Of a stretch of 32,949 nucleotides of DNA, positions 1 to 9,962 are shown in pieces. The stretch's first letter is position 1; the number at the start of each line of letters is the position of its first letter. The notes beneath the pieces were generated by a model that saw only the letters and a list, made by a program, of their open reading frames with translations, ran no database searches and was not told the origin of the DNA. The position numbers and the translations under genes were made by a program. Source of the stretch: a virus. Taxonomy: Duplodnaviria > Caudoviricetes. The DNA lies in IMG/VR virus record IMGVR_UViG_3300024291_000014, positions 1 to 32,949 of that record, one strand, 5' to 3'.

Positions 1-1260
1 TTTAACCAAGCAAGTCTACATGACCCAGATCCTGAGCTACTAGAAATCTATAAAGATATTCCAGAAATAAATGAAGAAGATGCTAGAGGCGAAAAGATCT
101 GTAGACCATTATTTTCTCAATCTGATTTACCTCACGTACTTAATTTTACTAAAATAACCCCTGACAATATTATACCAGATTCTAAATTTTATTACTTTGT
201 AACATTACATCATCATAACTGGTTAGCTGCAAAACACTTAAATTTACTTCCAGAGTATGTATTATCAGGATTACGTAGTAATAATTGCAGATTAATTTTA
301 GATAATAGTTTAGAAGGAGATAAAGCGGAAGAATTTTATGAAACTTTATATAAGTCTCTACATAGTTTAGATATCAACCCCGACTATGTTACTTATGTTA
401 CTAGTAATTTGATAGCAGAAGAAACACATACTAAATGGTTGGCTGATAAATCTTACAAAGATAAAAAAATAAACGTAATCTCTTTTCCTTGGAATATACA
501 CGATGTTAAGAGGTTGATTAGTTTAGGACATTTACCAGAAGAAGTAAATATAGAAAAAGAAATAGAGTATAAAAAAGAGAACTTAAATAAAGTTAAATCT
601 TTTCTTAAAGTTAATCGCACATGTAGACCCGAAAGAAATATTTTTATGCTTTTTATTAATAGATTAGATCTATACGATAGGTTTAAGATTAGCTTTAATA
701 ACTATAATAAAGATTATGATTTATTCGACTGGTTTCCAGATCTGACTGGACAAGAAAATATAGATTCACTTATAGCTAAAGTTCCTTTTGATATTGATAA
801 GAGTGATGAAGATAATCACGGACCTCCGGGTATAGGTAAAGGAAAGTTTGACGCTGATTTACCTTTTAATCCACTTCACTATAAAAATACTTTAATCAGT
901 ACTGTTATGTGTGCTTTTCCTTTTGTAGAGAATGCATGTCATATACATAGTTCTACATATAATCCAATTTACTGTGGTCATCCTGTTATTCAGTTTGGAC
1001 CTGTTGGACATCTTAAAAAATTAAAAGAGCTTGGCTTCAAAACATTTAGTAAATGGTGGGATGAATCTTATGATGAAGAAGAATTTGGATGGGGTAGACT
1101 TACAAAAATATTACTTATAGTTGAAGAACTATGTCGCAAATCAAATGAAGAATTATTAGATATGTACATTGATATGAAAGACACATTACAGCATAATAGT
1201 GATCTAATAAAAAATTACGATAGCATTAATATCTTAACTAAAAGAATTACAGGTGAATAG
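1..1260 (+). CDS. Putative glycosyltransferase-like protein, 5'-truncated by the window edge
   Basis: The frame of the 409..1260 ORF has no stop from base 1 (FNQASLHDPDPE...), so the gene starts upstream of the window. The C-terminal NPIYCGHPVIQFG..LKKLKELGFKTFSKWWDESYD segment resembles a phage family loosely similar to the GT10 C-terminal domain. Function is inferred. Confidence 0.5.
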   Translation, partial: FNQASLHDPDPELLEIYKDIPEINEEDARGEKICRPLFSQSDLPHVLNFTKITPDNIIPDSKFYYFVTLHHHNWLAAKHLNLLPEYVLSGLRSNNCRLILDNSLEGDKAEEFYETLYKSLHSLDINPDYVTYVTSNLIAEETHTKWLADKSYKDKKINVISFPWNIHDVKRLISLGHLPEEVNIEKEIEYKKENLNKVKSFLKVNRTCRPERNIFMLFINRLDLYDRFKISFNNYNKDYDLFDWFPDLTGQENIDSLIAKVPFDIDKSDEDNHGPPGIGKGKFDADLPFNPLHYKNTLISTVMCAFPFVENACHIHSSTYNPIYCGHPVIQFGPVGHLKKLKELGFKTFSKWWDESYDEEEFGWGRLTKILLIVEELCRKSNEELLDMYIDMKDTLQHNSDLIKNYDSINILTKRITGE

Positions 1261-1654
1261 TATATATAATAACTACTGTACTATCATTAACGGTACAGGT
1301 AAAGAAATAGAAACCCCGTATAAATTCGTTGAGTTTAAATTAGACGAATATACTTTATTGAATATAAAAAAACAAGAAGTAGATACTCATAGATTATTTA
1401 GTAATCATATTATTATTACAAAAGATACTGATATTGATTTTAAGAGACTATCACACTTAGATACTACTCAAAATAAAGTACACTGCACAGAAGTATTTCA
1501 TTCAGGTGTGGATAAAGAATGTAGAGTTGATTTAAGTACAGCAGTATGTAGCTCATGGACTTTACCTTTTATATTAGACAGTAAATGTGACTACGGTTAT
1601 TTACATAAACATAGAATAAAATTATTTAACTTAAGAACAGGATCGTTATTATGA
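1253..1654 (+). CDS. Hypothetical protein
   Basis: 133-aa ORF with a GTG start that overlaps both neighbours. No recognisable motif. Confidence 0.55.
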   Translation: MNSIYNNYCTIINGTGKEIETPYKFVEFKLDEYTLLNIKKQEVDTHRLFSNHIIITKDTDIDFKRLSHLDTTQNKVHCTEVFHSGVDKECRVDLSTAVCSSWTLPFILDSKCDYGYLHKHRIKLFNLRTGSLL

Positions 1655-2430
1655 GAGTAGCAGTATGCCTATCAGGGCAACTTAGAAACTGGAGATTAGG
1701 ATGGAGCAACCAGAAATGGTTCTTTGGAAACCAACAAGGATTAAATGGTAGCAAATTCTCTGTTGATTATTTTGCTCATACTTGGAATATAAGTCAAGAT
1801 AGACCTAAACTTTCTGATCCTTATTCTGAAAGAAAAGTAGATAAAGAAGAATTTGATGAATTTGTAGAATCATTTGAAATAAAAAAAGCTATTTTTGATT
1901 CTAAACACATTACAGAGTTTCAACATAGCGAACATTGGGGAGCTTTATTCTATAGTTTTGCAAATTCTATTATGTTAAAAAGAGAGTACGAGTTACAAAA
2001 TGACTTTACTTATGATTTAGTTATAAAATCTAGACCAGATATAGTATTTAACCCTCTCATGTATGTCAGTCCTATGGTATATGATGACGGCACTTTATAC
2101 TCTACTCATGGAGGATTAATGCCATCAGAATTTAATATGATGAACTTTAACGATTGTTTATTTTTAGCTAACAGCAGAACTATGGATAAATTAATAAACT
2201 TGTTTCATTATAGAATGCATAAAATAAACATAGAAGAAGATAATGTACATCCTATGGGACCAGGAGTACTAATGAACGAATACTTCAAAGACTTTGGTAT
2301 TTATCCTAAAGTCGGTAATTTAGGTTTTAAAGAAACTCTTCTTAAAGAAGGTTGTCCAAGAGATGTAGATATGTTTAACGCTGAAGACTTTAAAAGAGTA
2401 GATGATTACTTTATGAATTGGTATAGATAA
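1651..2430 (+). CDS. Putative glycosyltransferase-like protein (AVCLSGQLR family, paralog 1)
   Basis: N-terminal MRVAVCLSGQLR, FAHTW and YDLVIKSRPDI motifs, typical of a phage/giant-virus family found in sugar-modification clusters. Confidence 0.55.
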   Translation: MRVAVCLSGQLRNWRLGWSNQKWFFGNQQGLNGSKFSVDYFAHTWNISQDRPKLSDPYSERKVDKEEFDEFVESFEIKKAIFDSKHITEFQHSEHWGALFYSFANSIMLKREYELQNDFTYDLVIKSRPDIVFNPLMYVSPMVYDDGTLYSTHGGLMPSEFNMMNFNDCLFLANSRTMDKLINLFHYRMHKINIEEDNVHPMGPGVLMNEYFKDFGIYPKVGNLGFKETLLKEGCPRDVDMFNAEDFKRVDDYFMNWYR

Positions 2431-3368
2431 TGAAAAAAACTATAGGATTTTATTGCTGTACTAATGGATTCGGACATTTTAAAAGAGTCTTAGAAATAGT
2501 TAATCTTTTAAAACATAAGTTTGATATTTCTATATTTTGTTCTATAGAGCAGTTTAATAAGTTCGACGGTCTTGAAGATATCGAATATATAGTTTCTCAT
2601 AGAGAAAATGTAAAATGGGAAAAAGTTATCTCAGGAAATAGTGAAACTGTTATACAAAATTATTTTGATAGCTTAGAGAATTTTAGTAAAACAGTAAATA
2701 ATTTTGATATAGTAGTTAGTGATAATTTAGTTGGATTATTAAAATATAGGAACGATGTTATTATTATGGGTTCATTTTTATGGAAAGATGTTTTTGAAAG
2801 TTATTTAGGTCCTAACGATTTAAGTAATTTAGATAGTGCTCTTTTAACTAAACATAATCCTATAATTATAACTAACAAATATGTAGAAACACAAACTGTA
2901 AAAGATTATAACAATAAGATACAGTTTGGATTTGGTTGTAAAGAACTTCCTTCTTCTACGTCTAATAATATAACGCACAATTTAGTAAATTTTTCTAGTT
3001 TAAAATACCTACCAGAATATTTTAATTTTATCGATGAGCTAAAAAGAGTATACAAAGTAAAATTAAGTAATAATTTTGATATTACTGAAAATACTCTAAT
3101 GATAGCTAGACCAGGAGTCGGTACTATAACTCATTGTGTTGAAAATCATATACCCTTAGTTGCATTGTACAGTGAAAGAGATTCACAAGAAATTATAGAA
3201 CTTGCAGACATAGTAGAAAACTTTAAAATAGGATTAAAGTTTAATGTAGACGAACCTGTAGATATAGTTAAATTTAATTATTTAAAAGAAGGTAACATTA
3301 GTTTTGATAATAATATAGAGAAGAATGGTTATAAAAATATTGCTAATTTTATAAGTAACTATGAGTAG
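2430..3368 (+). CDS. GT-B fold glycosyltransferase-like protein (GT28/PseG/SpsG-like)
   Basis: N-terminal NGFGHFKR, DIVVSDN and C-terminal IARPGVGTI..CV..HIP motifs. Confidence 0.65.
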   Translation: MKKTIGFYCCTNGFGHFKRVLEIVNLLKHKFDISIFCSIEQFNKFDGLEDIEYIVSHRENVKWEKVISGNSETVIQNYFDSLENFSKTVNNFDIVVSDNLVGLLKYRNDVIIMGSFLWKDVFESYLGPNDLSNLDSALLTKHNPIIITNKYVETQTVKDYNNKIQFGFGCKELPSSTSNNITHNLVNFSSLKYLPEYFNFIDELKRVYKVKLSNNFDITENTLMIARPGVGTITHCVENHIPLVALYSERDSQEIIELADIVENFKIGLKFNVDEPVDIVKFNYLKEGNISFDNNIEKNGYKNIANFISNYE

Positions 3369-4245
3369 AATAAAAAATGATTTTATAAAACAAGGCATTG
3401 CACCATCAGATCTAGCTCACTGGTTAGAATTTTACGGTAGATATACACCTAATACTAAAAACTTTTGGTCAGGTTCTGATGATATAACCTCACATCGTAG
3501 GTCTGAAAAAACTCACCCTGAAAAATTTGAATACTGGAGAACGCGTTCTATAAAATACAACTATAATAATTTAGGATTTAGATCTGAGTTTGATTTTGAA
3601 CCTGGAATGGAAGGAGATTTATACTTAGGATGTAGTTTTACAGAAGGTATAGGTTTACCTTTAGAATGTGCCTGGCCAACTTTACTATCAGCTGAATTGG
3701 GTATTCGTGGCTTTAATTTAGGTACTGGAGGATATAGTATTGATACATGCTTTAGGTATTTATTAGCAGCATACAAATTTGGTTTAAAATTTAAAAGAGT
3801 ATTTTTATTAGTTCCACCACCTAATAGGTATGAACGTATCATAAAAGATAATTCTCTGTTAAAACCGTTTCTCAACGAGAGACACCAAGAAGATAGTATT
3901 TTTCATACTATGCCTAATATGATGAATCACTACTGGACTGACGACGCAATTTTAACAGGTAAGAACGAACTAGTAATTAGTTATATGATAGGAAGTACTC
4001 AAAATGCTCTTCTAAATTCGTACAAAACTACTTTGGCTATACAAGCATTTACAGAAAGCATAGGAGCTACACTATACTACCGATCTTTCTCAGATTTAAA
4101 TAAACATAATACTCGAAAAGCTATGAGAGAAAATACAAATAAAGTAGGTATGGTACCTGCAAGAGACGGTCACTACTCTTCTCTTTTTCATACTAACTTA
4201 ACAAGTCTCTTTATGAAAGAATTAGCAGGTAAACCTATAATTTAA
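3361..4245 (+). CDS. SGNH/GDSL-like hydrolase or acyltransferase
   Basis: LGCSFTEG (block I), NLGTGG (block II) and C-terminal RDGHYS (block V). Confidence 0.6.
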   Translation: MSRIKNDFIKQGIAPSDLAHWLEFYGRYTPNTKNFWSGSDDITSHRRSEKTHPEKFEYWRTRSIKYNYNNLGFRSEFDFEPGMEGDLYLGCSFTEGIGLPLECAWPTLLSAELGIRGFNLGTGGYSIDTCFRYLLAAYKFGLKFKRVFLLVPPPNRYERIIKDNSLLKPFLNERHQEDSIFHTMPNMMNHYWTDDAILTGKNELVISYMIGSTQNALLNSYKTTLAIQAFTESIGATLYYRSFSDLNKHNTRKAMRENTNKVGMVPARDGHYSSLFHTNLTSLFMKELAGKPII

Positions 4246-4254
4246 AAACTAGAT

Positions 4255-5121
4255 ATGTTAACACCGGATGATATTATTACTGGAGAAAAATTTCAAGATT
4301 TAGCTGATATTTCTTTTAGCAAAGCTGAACATAAAGAATTCGAATCTAATAACGTATACCATAATTACGATATTGATAATTTTAACCCTGCTCTTTTTTT
4401 ATATGCTAAACCAAAGTTTATTTATGGTAACAGCTCACTTATAAACTTAACTAAAAAAAAATTATTAGATTCTCGATTTTATAAAAAACTACTATTATTC
4501 GAAAATAAGTTTTCTTTAATACTCCATAACTCAGATCAAGATTTCAATTATAGTAATTTAAGCATACTTAATCAAGTACCTAATATAGATAAAATATATA
4601 CTCAAAATTTAAACGTTAATCATCATAGAGTAGTTCCCTTACCTATCGGTATAGCTAACAGCAGATGGAATCATGGAAACTTAGAAACATTCTGTGAGGT
4701 AGTTAATGAGAAAGTAGAAAAAACTGAAGAAATTTACTATAACTTTACAGTAGATGGAGGTATGAGACCTGAGTATAGAGTATCGTGTAAAGATGCAGCA
4801 GATAACCTTAATTTACCGCTTAATAGATCTTTAGATTATAAAGAGTATCTACAAGATTTACAAAAACATAAATTTTGTTTATGTCCTAGTGGTAATGGCC
4901 TGGACACACATAGATTATGGGAATGTCTGTACTTAAAAGTAATTCCAATTTTAATCGATTCTAATTATAGTGCACATTTTGCAAAAGATTTCCCATTATA
5001 TTTATTAAAAAAATGGTCCGATTTAGATTTAAGTAAACTCCCATCTGTATATGAAAATACGGACTGGAGTAATTACGATTTATTAAAATTCGACAATTAC
5101 GTTTCAAAATATATAGAATAA
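4255..5121 (+). CDS. Exostosin-like (GT47) glycosyltransferase
   Basis: KFCLCPSGNGLDTHRLWECLYLKVIPI, the characteristic exostosin C-terminal signature. Confidence 0.75.
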   Translation: MLTPDDIITGEKFQDLADISFSKAEHKEFESNNVYHNYDIDNFNPALFLYAKPKFIYGNSSLINLTKKKLLDSRFYKKLLLFENKFSLILHNSDQDFNYSNLSILNQVPNIDKIYTQNLNVNHHRVVPLPIGIANSRWNHGNLETFCEVVNEKVEKTEEIYYNFTVDGGMRPEYRVSCKDAADNLNLPLNRSLDYKEYLQDLQKHKFCLCPSGNGLDTHRLWECLYLKVIPILIDSNYSAHFAKDFPLYLLKKWSDLDLSKLPSVYENTDWSNYDLLKFDNYVSKYIE

Positions 5122-5122
5122 T

Positions 5123-5983
5123 ATGAAAGTTATATCATTTGGCGACAGCTTTACCTCAGGAGTAGGTACCGATTGGATTAAAGAAAAACAAATAAAAGAA
5201 GAAAATAAAGATAATAGTGAACTAGCTTCTACTTTATTTCAGGAATTTACTACTTCTCATAGTTTTACACGTTATTTTGCTGATAAGTTAAAAGTTGATT
5301 GGGTAAATAAAGGAGAACCTGGTTGTTGTAACAAAGCTATAATAACCAGTATATTTCAGTACTTTGCAGACGGGTTCTTTGATAAAGGTGATTTAGTATT
5401 AGTATCTTTTACTTCTACTACAAGAGATGATTTTCCTTTTTTTCCTACTCTTAAACAAAGACAATGGAAAGGTCTATCTTGGAATATAAATGATATTTAT
5501 CTAACTTTAGAAGACGATAGAACTTTTAAACAATTTAAAGAAACAGTTAGTACGAACGATCTACTAGGTTTACCCGTAACTCCAGAAAATACTGATATAG
5601 GTTATTTTTTAAATAACTATAAAAAGTTCTTTGTTACTGAAATGTTCGATTATAGGTATTTAGATTTTTTTAATTTTAATATGATTGCACTACTTCAGCA
5701 GTTTTTTGATTATATTGGAGTTGATTATATTTTGATCGATGCTTTTGAACCTACCTTTAACAGCTCTACATACGATAAGAGAGATTTGATAGATACATAT
5801 AAACACTACTGGGGGTATAATACTTATAATATTTACAGTTATCTCGAAAAGTATGAAGATAGAGAGTTATTTGAATTAGAAGAGTACGTTTTAGCAAATA
5901 GTAGTGGACCTAAACACCCTTCTACTAAAGGGCATAAGCTTTTTGCAGAAACTCTTTATAAATATTATAAAAAAACTAGGTAA
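5123..5983 (+). CDS. SGNH/GDSL-like hydrolase or acyltransferase
   Basis: FGDSFTSG, NKGEPGCCN and C-terminal KHPSTKGHKLFAE motifs. Confidence 0.7.
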   Translation: MKVISFGDSFTSGVGTDWIKEKQIKEENKDNSELASTLFQEFTTSHSFTRYFADKLKVDWVNKGEPGCCNKAIITSIFQYFADGFFDKGDLVLVSFTSTTRDDFPFFPTLKQRQWKGLSWNINDIYLTLEDDRTFKQFKETVSTNDLLGLPVTPENTDIGYFLNNYKKFFVTEMFDYRYLDFFNFNMIALLQQFFDYIGVDYILIDAFEPTFNSSTYDKRDLIDTYKHYWGYNTYNIYSYLEKYEDRELFELEEYVLANSSGPKHPSTKGHKLFAETLYKYYKKTR

Positions 5984-5990
5984 CAGTTAT

Positions 5991-6851
5991 ATGAAAAAGT
6001 TTTATTTCGATACATTTAATAACTTAAACAACTTTGATATTATTAAAGGAGAAGAAGTTATAGATTTATATTTAAAAAATCATAAACTACTAGAAAAAGA
6101 AGGATATGAAAAAAGAGGAGGACCAAATGAAGAACCTTTATTTAAAGAAAAGCACGATATAGAAGAAAACGGGTTCTGGAGTGGACACCCCCCTGCATAT
6201 TTTTCAGTAAATGACGTTAGTCAGTATACTATTAACGGTAAACAAGCTAATCATTTTTCAAAAGAAGCATTTGCAAAAGCTGATGTTATATCAATGGATA
6301 TGTCTGGATTAAATGAAACATGGACTCATTTTATCTACTTAGAAATACCCAGTAAATTACTCGTTAAGTATCAAGATAAAGTACATTCTAATCCTGATAT
6401 AAATATTTTTAAGCAATTTGCTTTAGAAACTATAAATAAAAATTTGAATATAAGAGAGATATTAGAATTAGCTGATCATTACGATTCTAAATACCCAGAA
6501 GCTCATAAAATAAAGGATTTTTTTGAAAATAGAGAAGAGATAGCATGGAGAGCTGACCTTGATATTACTCAGTTAATAAGTATAAAAGATAAAGGGCTTA
6601 TTTATCCTATTCTTTATAATCAATCTCACGGTATTTTTGGAAGAGGTACTCATAGAGCTATTATTCATGCACTATTAGGTTTTGATGTACCAATCTTTTT
6701 ACGTAAACCGAATATAGGCACAGATCAAAATTCTTGGAAAGTTACTATGGCTGATATGTTTAGTGTACCTGATGTAAATTTTAAAATAGACCTAAATAAA
6801 AAAACCCTTGAATTTTTCTCGGGGAATGAAAAGCTGATAATAGATGATTAA
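5991..6851 (+). CDS. Protein with a C-terminal ParB/Sulfiredoxin-like domain
   Basis: The ATG at 5991, 7 nt after the upstream stop, is preferred over 5904. WRAD...SIKDKGLIYPIL...GRGTHRA...DVPI resembles the ParB/Srx G...P...DGxHR core. Confidence 0.5.
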   Translation: MKKFYFDTFNNLNNFDIIKGEEVIDLYLKNHKLLEKEGYEKRGGPNEEPLFKEKHDIEENGFWSGHPPAYFSVNDVSQYTINGKQANHFSKEAFAKADVISMDMSGLNETWTHFIYLEIPSKLLVKYQDKVHSNPDINIFKQFALETINKNLNIREILELADHYDSKYPEAHKIKDFFENREEIAWRADLDITQLISIKDKGLIYPILYNQSHGIFGRGTHRAIIHALLGFDVPIFLRKPNIGTDQNSWKVTMADMFSVPDVNFKIDLNKKTLEFFSGNEKLIIDD

Positions 6852-7530
6852 TCATAAGAAAAAGTTTATATTTCTACACATGCCTAAAACTGGTGGAATA
6901 TCAGTTGGACAGACTCTCTATAAGCTATTGGACGACTATACTAGATATGAAGGATTTGGGATACATTATGATAAATTTGATGAAGATTTATTTAAAGACT
7001 ATTTTGTTTTTACATTTGTACGTAATCCTTGGGATAGGTTTTATTCTTTATACAAATTTAGAAACTTTTTAAATAAACATTCTTTAAGTTATGCTATAGA
7101 TAATTTAGAAGACTTATGGGTTGATAATTACTACCCCCAAGAAAAAGTAGAGAACTCAAAAAAGTTCTTAGATAAATTAAGATTCAATGATATAGATCCA
7201 ATAACAACCGGTAAACCGTTCTTTAATCTTTTTACTTATATGGGAGAAAATATTCACTTAGCATCTCAAGTTAATTTCTTAAAAGGTCATTTTAGCGGTA
7301 ATATAGACAGATTGCCCTATGTAGACTTTATTGGCAGGTTCGAAAACCTTCAGCAAGATTTTGATTTTATCTGCAAAAAAATTGGTCTCCCTCAAACTAA
7401 ACTTGAGCATTTAAATATATCTAATAAGTCAGCCGCAAAATACTATGATGTTATGACTGATAAAGATATAAATGCTCTACAAAACTTATTTAATGAGGAT
7501 ATAGAAATGTTTAATTACAGTTTTAAATAA
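6844..7530 (+). CDS. Sulfotransferase (Sulfotransfer_2-like, PAPS-dependent)
   Basis: FLHMPKTGG (5'-PSB loop), FVRNPWDRFYSLY (3'-PB) and DFIGRFENLQQDF motifs. Confidence 0.85.
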   Translation: MINHKKKFIFLHMPKTGGISVGQTLYKLLDDYTRYEGFGIHYDKFDEDLFKDYFVFTFVRNPWDRFYSLYKFRNFLNKHSLSYAIDNLEDLWVDNYYPQEKVENSKKFLDKLRFNDIDPITTGKPFFNLFTYMGENIHLASQVNFLKGHFSGNIDRLPYVDFIGRFENLQQDFDFICKKIGLPQTKLEHLNISNKSAAKYYDVMTDKDINALQNLFNEDIEMFNYSFK

Positions 7531-7532
7531 TT

Positions 7533-8591
7533 ATGAAAACAATAGCAGTTATATTACATGCCAGAAAAGACAGCACTCGTTGTCCTAATAAACATTTAAG
7601 AGATATTGGGGGTACAACTATGATTGATATAGCTATCGATAAAGTTAGTAAGTTAAAAAATATTGAAGAAGTTTATATAGCAGCTTTTGATCAAGAATTG
7701 ATAGATAAAGCAGATAAAAAAATAAACATACTAAAAAGAGAGTATGACTCAGTAGCACCTGGTAATGCTCACCACTCTATAATGTATAGGCATTTAAAAA
7801 ACGTCAAGTCAGATTATATTATTAATGTAAATGCTTGCCAGCCTTTTTTAGATGTAGATAAAATACAGAAAGTTATAGATTGGTATAAATCATCTCCTCA
7901 TGAAAGCGCTATAACAGTTAAAAAAACGAAAAATTGGTACTGGAATGACGATAGTATGCCGTTAAACTTTAAACCAAATGATAGATTGTCAACAACTGGT
8001 GGTCCTAGTGTATTAGAAGCTACTCATTCTTTAGTTATGTTTAAAAAGAAATATATGTTGGATAATTGGGAGTTATTTCCTAACTTATTAGAAGAGCCTT
8101 ACACATATATAGTAGATTGGCCTGAAGAAGAATTGATAGATGTAGATACTGAGTTAGACTTTAAACTAGTAAAGTTAGTTTATAAAGATAGAAATCGTCA
8201 TACCGTAGAGTCGTGGGGTAAGTTGCAAGATAAAATACTTAAAAACACACTAGCTATAGATTTTGACGGAGTAATACATAAAAACTCAAAAGGCTACTTT
8301 GATGGCACTGTATACGATGAACCAGTAGATGGAGCAATCGATGCTATAAAGAAGCTTTCTGAAAAGTATATAATAATACTATATACGTTCAAAGGACATC
8401 CTGAGAGACCTTCTGTTAACGGTAAAGACGGTATACAAGGTACTTGGGAATGGCTAGAAAAACACGGCATAAAGCAATATGTAAACGATATTGTTTGGGG
8501 TAAGCCAAATGCTAAAATATATATAGACGATAAAGGATATAAATTTGAAAACTGGGAAAGCACAGTAGAATACGTATATGGAAACTTATAA
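7533..8591 (+). CDS. NeuA/KdsB-like cytidylyltransferase fused to a C-terminal HAD phosphatase domain
   Basis: ARKDSTRCPNKH, CQPFL and IDVDTELDF in the N-terminal part; AIDFDGVIH...KPNAKIYIDDK in the C-terminal part. Confidence 0.8.
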   Translation: MKTIAVILHARKDSTRCPNKHLRDIGGTTMIDIAIDKVSKLKNIEEVYIAAFDQELIDKADKKINILKREYDSVAPGNAHHSIMYRHLKNVKSDYIINVNACQPFLDVDKIQKVIDWYKSSPHESAITVKKTKNWYWNDDSMPLNFKPNDRLSTTGGPSVLEATHSLVMFKKKYMLDNWELFPNLLEEPYTYIVDWPEEELIDVDTELDFKLVKLVYKDRNRHTVESWGKLQDKILKNTLAIDFDGVIHKNSKGYFDGTVYDEPVDGAIDAIKKLSEKYIIILYTFKGHPERPSVNGKDGIQGTWEWLEKHGIKQYVNDIVWGKPNAKIYIDDKGYKFENWESTVEYVYGNL

Positions 8592-9666
8592 AATACAGCA
8601 AGAAAATCACTTTATAGACAAAGGGCTACCAGAGTTAGAATTATTTAAGCACTACTCGCTATACCAAATTATCAAGTATTTCGATTTTTACGAAGAGAGA
8701 CTGGTTTGCGCAGAAAGCTTACATCATCCATCAATTACTTCTCCTGTAACTGTTACTTCTCAGTACAGAAACGACCCAAGTACTTTTAGATTTGGTCTAA
8801 AATGGAAAACTTTATCTTGGAGTATTTTAATTAAGGATTTTGTTAAATTTAACAGAAATAAAGGTAATTTTGAATTTGGAAAAGATTATAGTGATAGTAT
8901 GATTCATAAAATATCTTTACACAGAGAAGATTTTATCAGAGAGTTAAAGTATCCTAGCCACTATATCTATATTAAACTTCCACATTTATTTTTAAAAAAC
9001 CATTTATCAACTAATATAGGAAACCCAGATCTAGAAACATTTTATAAAGTTTTTAATAAAGTTAACTGTAGTAGCTATAAAAACATAATTAATGCTTTTC
9101 AAAAAAACGATACAAAAAATCGTGAAAAAGTAAACCCTTACGGTAGAGATAAACCAAAACCTAATTTATTAGGACCTAGTAGTAATCAAAAACTACCAAG
9201 GTATAGGTGGAGAGCAGATATATTTCCTGATATGTTATATTCTGTTACTAAGTACGGTTACGGGTATCCGGTAATCATAAGCAATAAGAACAACACTCTA
9301 TTAGACGGTTCTCACCGTTTATCAGTAGCGCCTGTAGCAAAGAAAGACCTCCCACTTTTACTTAATTTACAAGAGGTCGATGATTTTAGACCAAAACAAC
9401 CTGTATATTTTATAACTCCAGCATGGTTTAGACATAGACATTTAGTTTTAGATATAGCTAGAGATAGAAACTATATATACGGTACTTTAATGACACCTGA
9501 ACAACTTGAAGGTTATATTAATTATCGTCCAGAATTAGGCAATGGTTCAGAACCTGCTAATACTTTTTTCGACTTTAATGAAAACCCAGATAATGCAATA
9601 AGTTTTAGTAAATATATGAAAAAAGCTAATAAGTACAGAGGTTATGATTTTAAATTTGAATTATGA
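8578..9666 (+). CDS. Protein with a ParB/Sulfiredoxin-like domain
   Basis: WRAD...SVTKYGYGYPVII...LLDGSHRL...DLPL, a canonical DGxHR motif. Confidence 0.6.
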   Translation: METYKIQQENHFIDKGLPELELFKHYSLYQIIKYFDFYEERLVCAESLHHPSITSPVTVTSQYRNDPSTFRFGLKWKTLSWSILIKDFVKFNRNKGNFEFGKDYSDSMIHKISLHREDFIRELKYPSHYIYIKLPHLFLKNHLSTNIGNPDLETFYKVFNKVNCSSYKNIINAFQKNDTKNREKVNPYGRDKPKPNLLGPSSNQKLPRYRWRADIFPDMLYSVTKYGYGYPVIISNKNNTLLDGSHRLSVAPVAKKDLPLLLNLQEVDDFRPKQPVYFITPAWFRHRHLVLDIARDRNYIYGTLMTPEQLEGYINYRPELGNGSEPANTFFDFNENPDNAISFSKYMKKANKYRGYDFKFEL

Positions 9667-9962
9667 AATATATAATAGACATAGACAATACAATTTGCAA
9701 AGAAGAAGGACCGGTTATTAGTCGTGAGCCTTGGAATGATAGAATAAAAAAAATAAATCAACTATATGATGATGGTCATATAATTATATTCTATACTGCT
9801 AGGGGAAATAAAAGCGGAAGAGGAGAAGAGTACTATGGACCGATTACTAGAGCTCAATTAGATGCTTGGGGAGTAAAGTATCATGAACTTTATTTCAAAC
9901 CCTTTGATGGAGATATATTTATAGATGATAGATCAGTACATCCTGACGAGTTTTTTAAATAA
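9663..9962 (+). CDS. Small capless HAD phosphatase (EcbF/BcbF capsule-phosphatase-like)
   Basis: IIDIDNTIC (motif I), FYTARG (motif II) and KP..DIFIDD (motifs III/IV). Confidence 0.8.
   Translation: MKYIIDIDNTICKEEGPVISREPWNDRIKKINQLYDDGHIIIFYTARGNKSGRGEEYYGPITRAQLDAWGVKYHELYFKPFDGDIFIDDRSVHPDEFFK

Noticed and set aside
409-1260. ORF-track start at 409 (TTG)
   Set aside because: The frame is open from base 1, so the true start lies upstream of the window.
5904-5990. N-terminal extension of the 5904..6851 ORF
   Set aside because: It overlaps the SGNH gene by 80 nt. The ATG at 5991 directly follows the upstream stop and fits the packing pattern.
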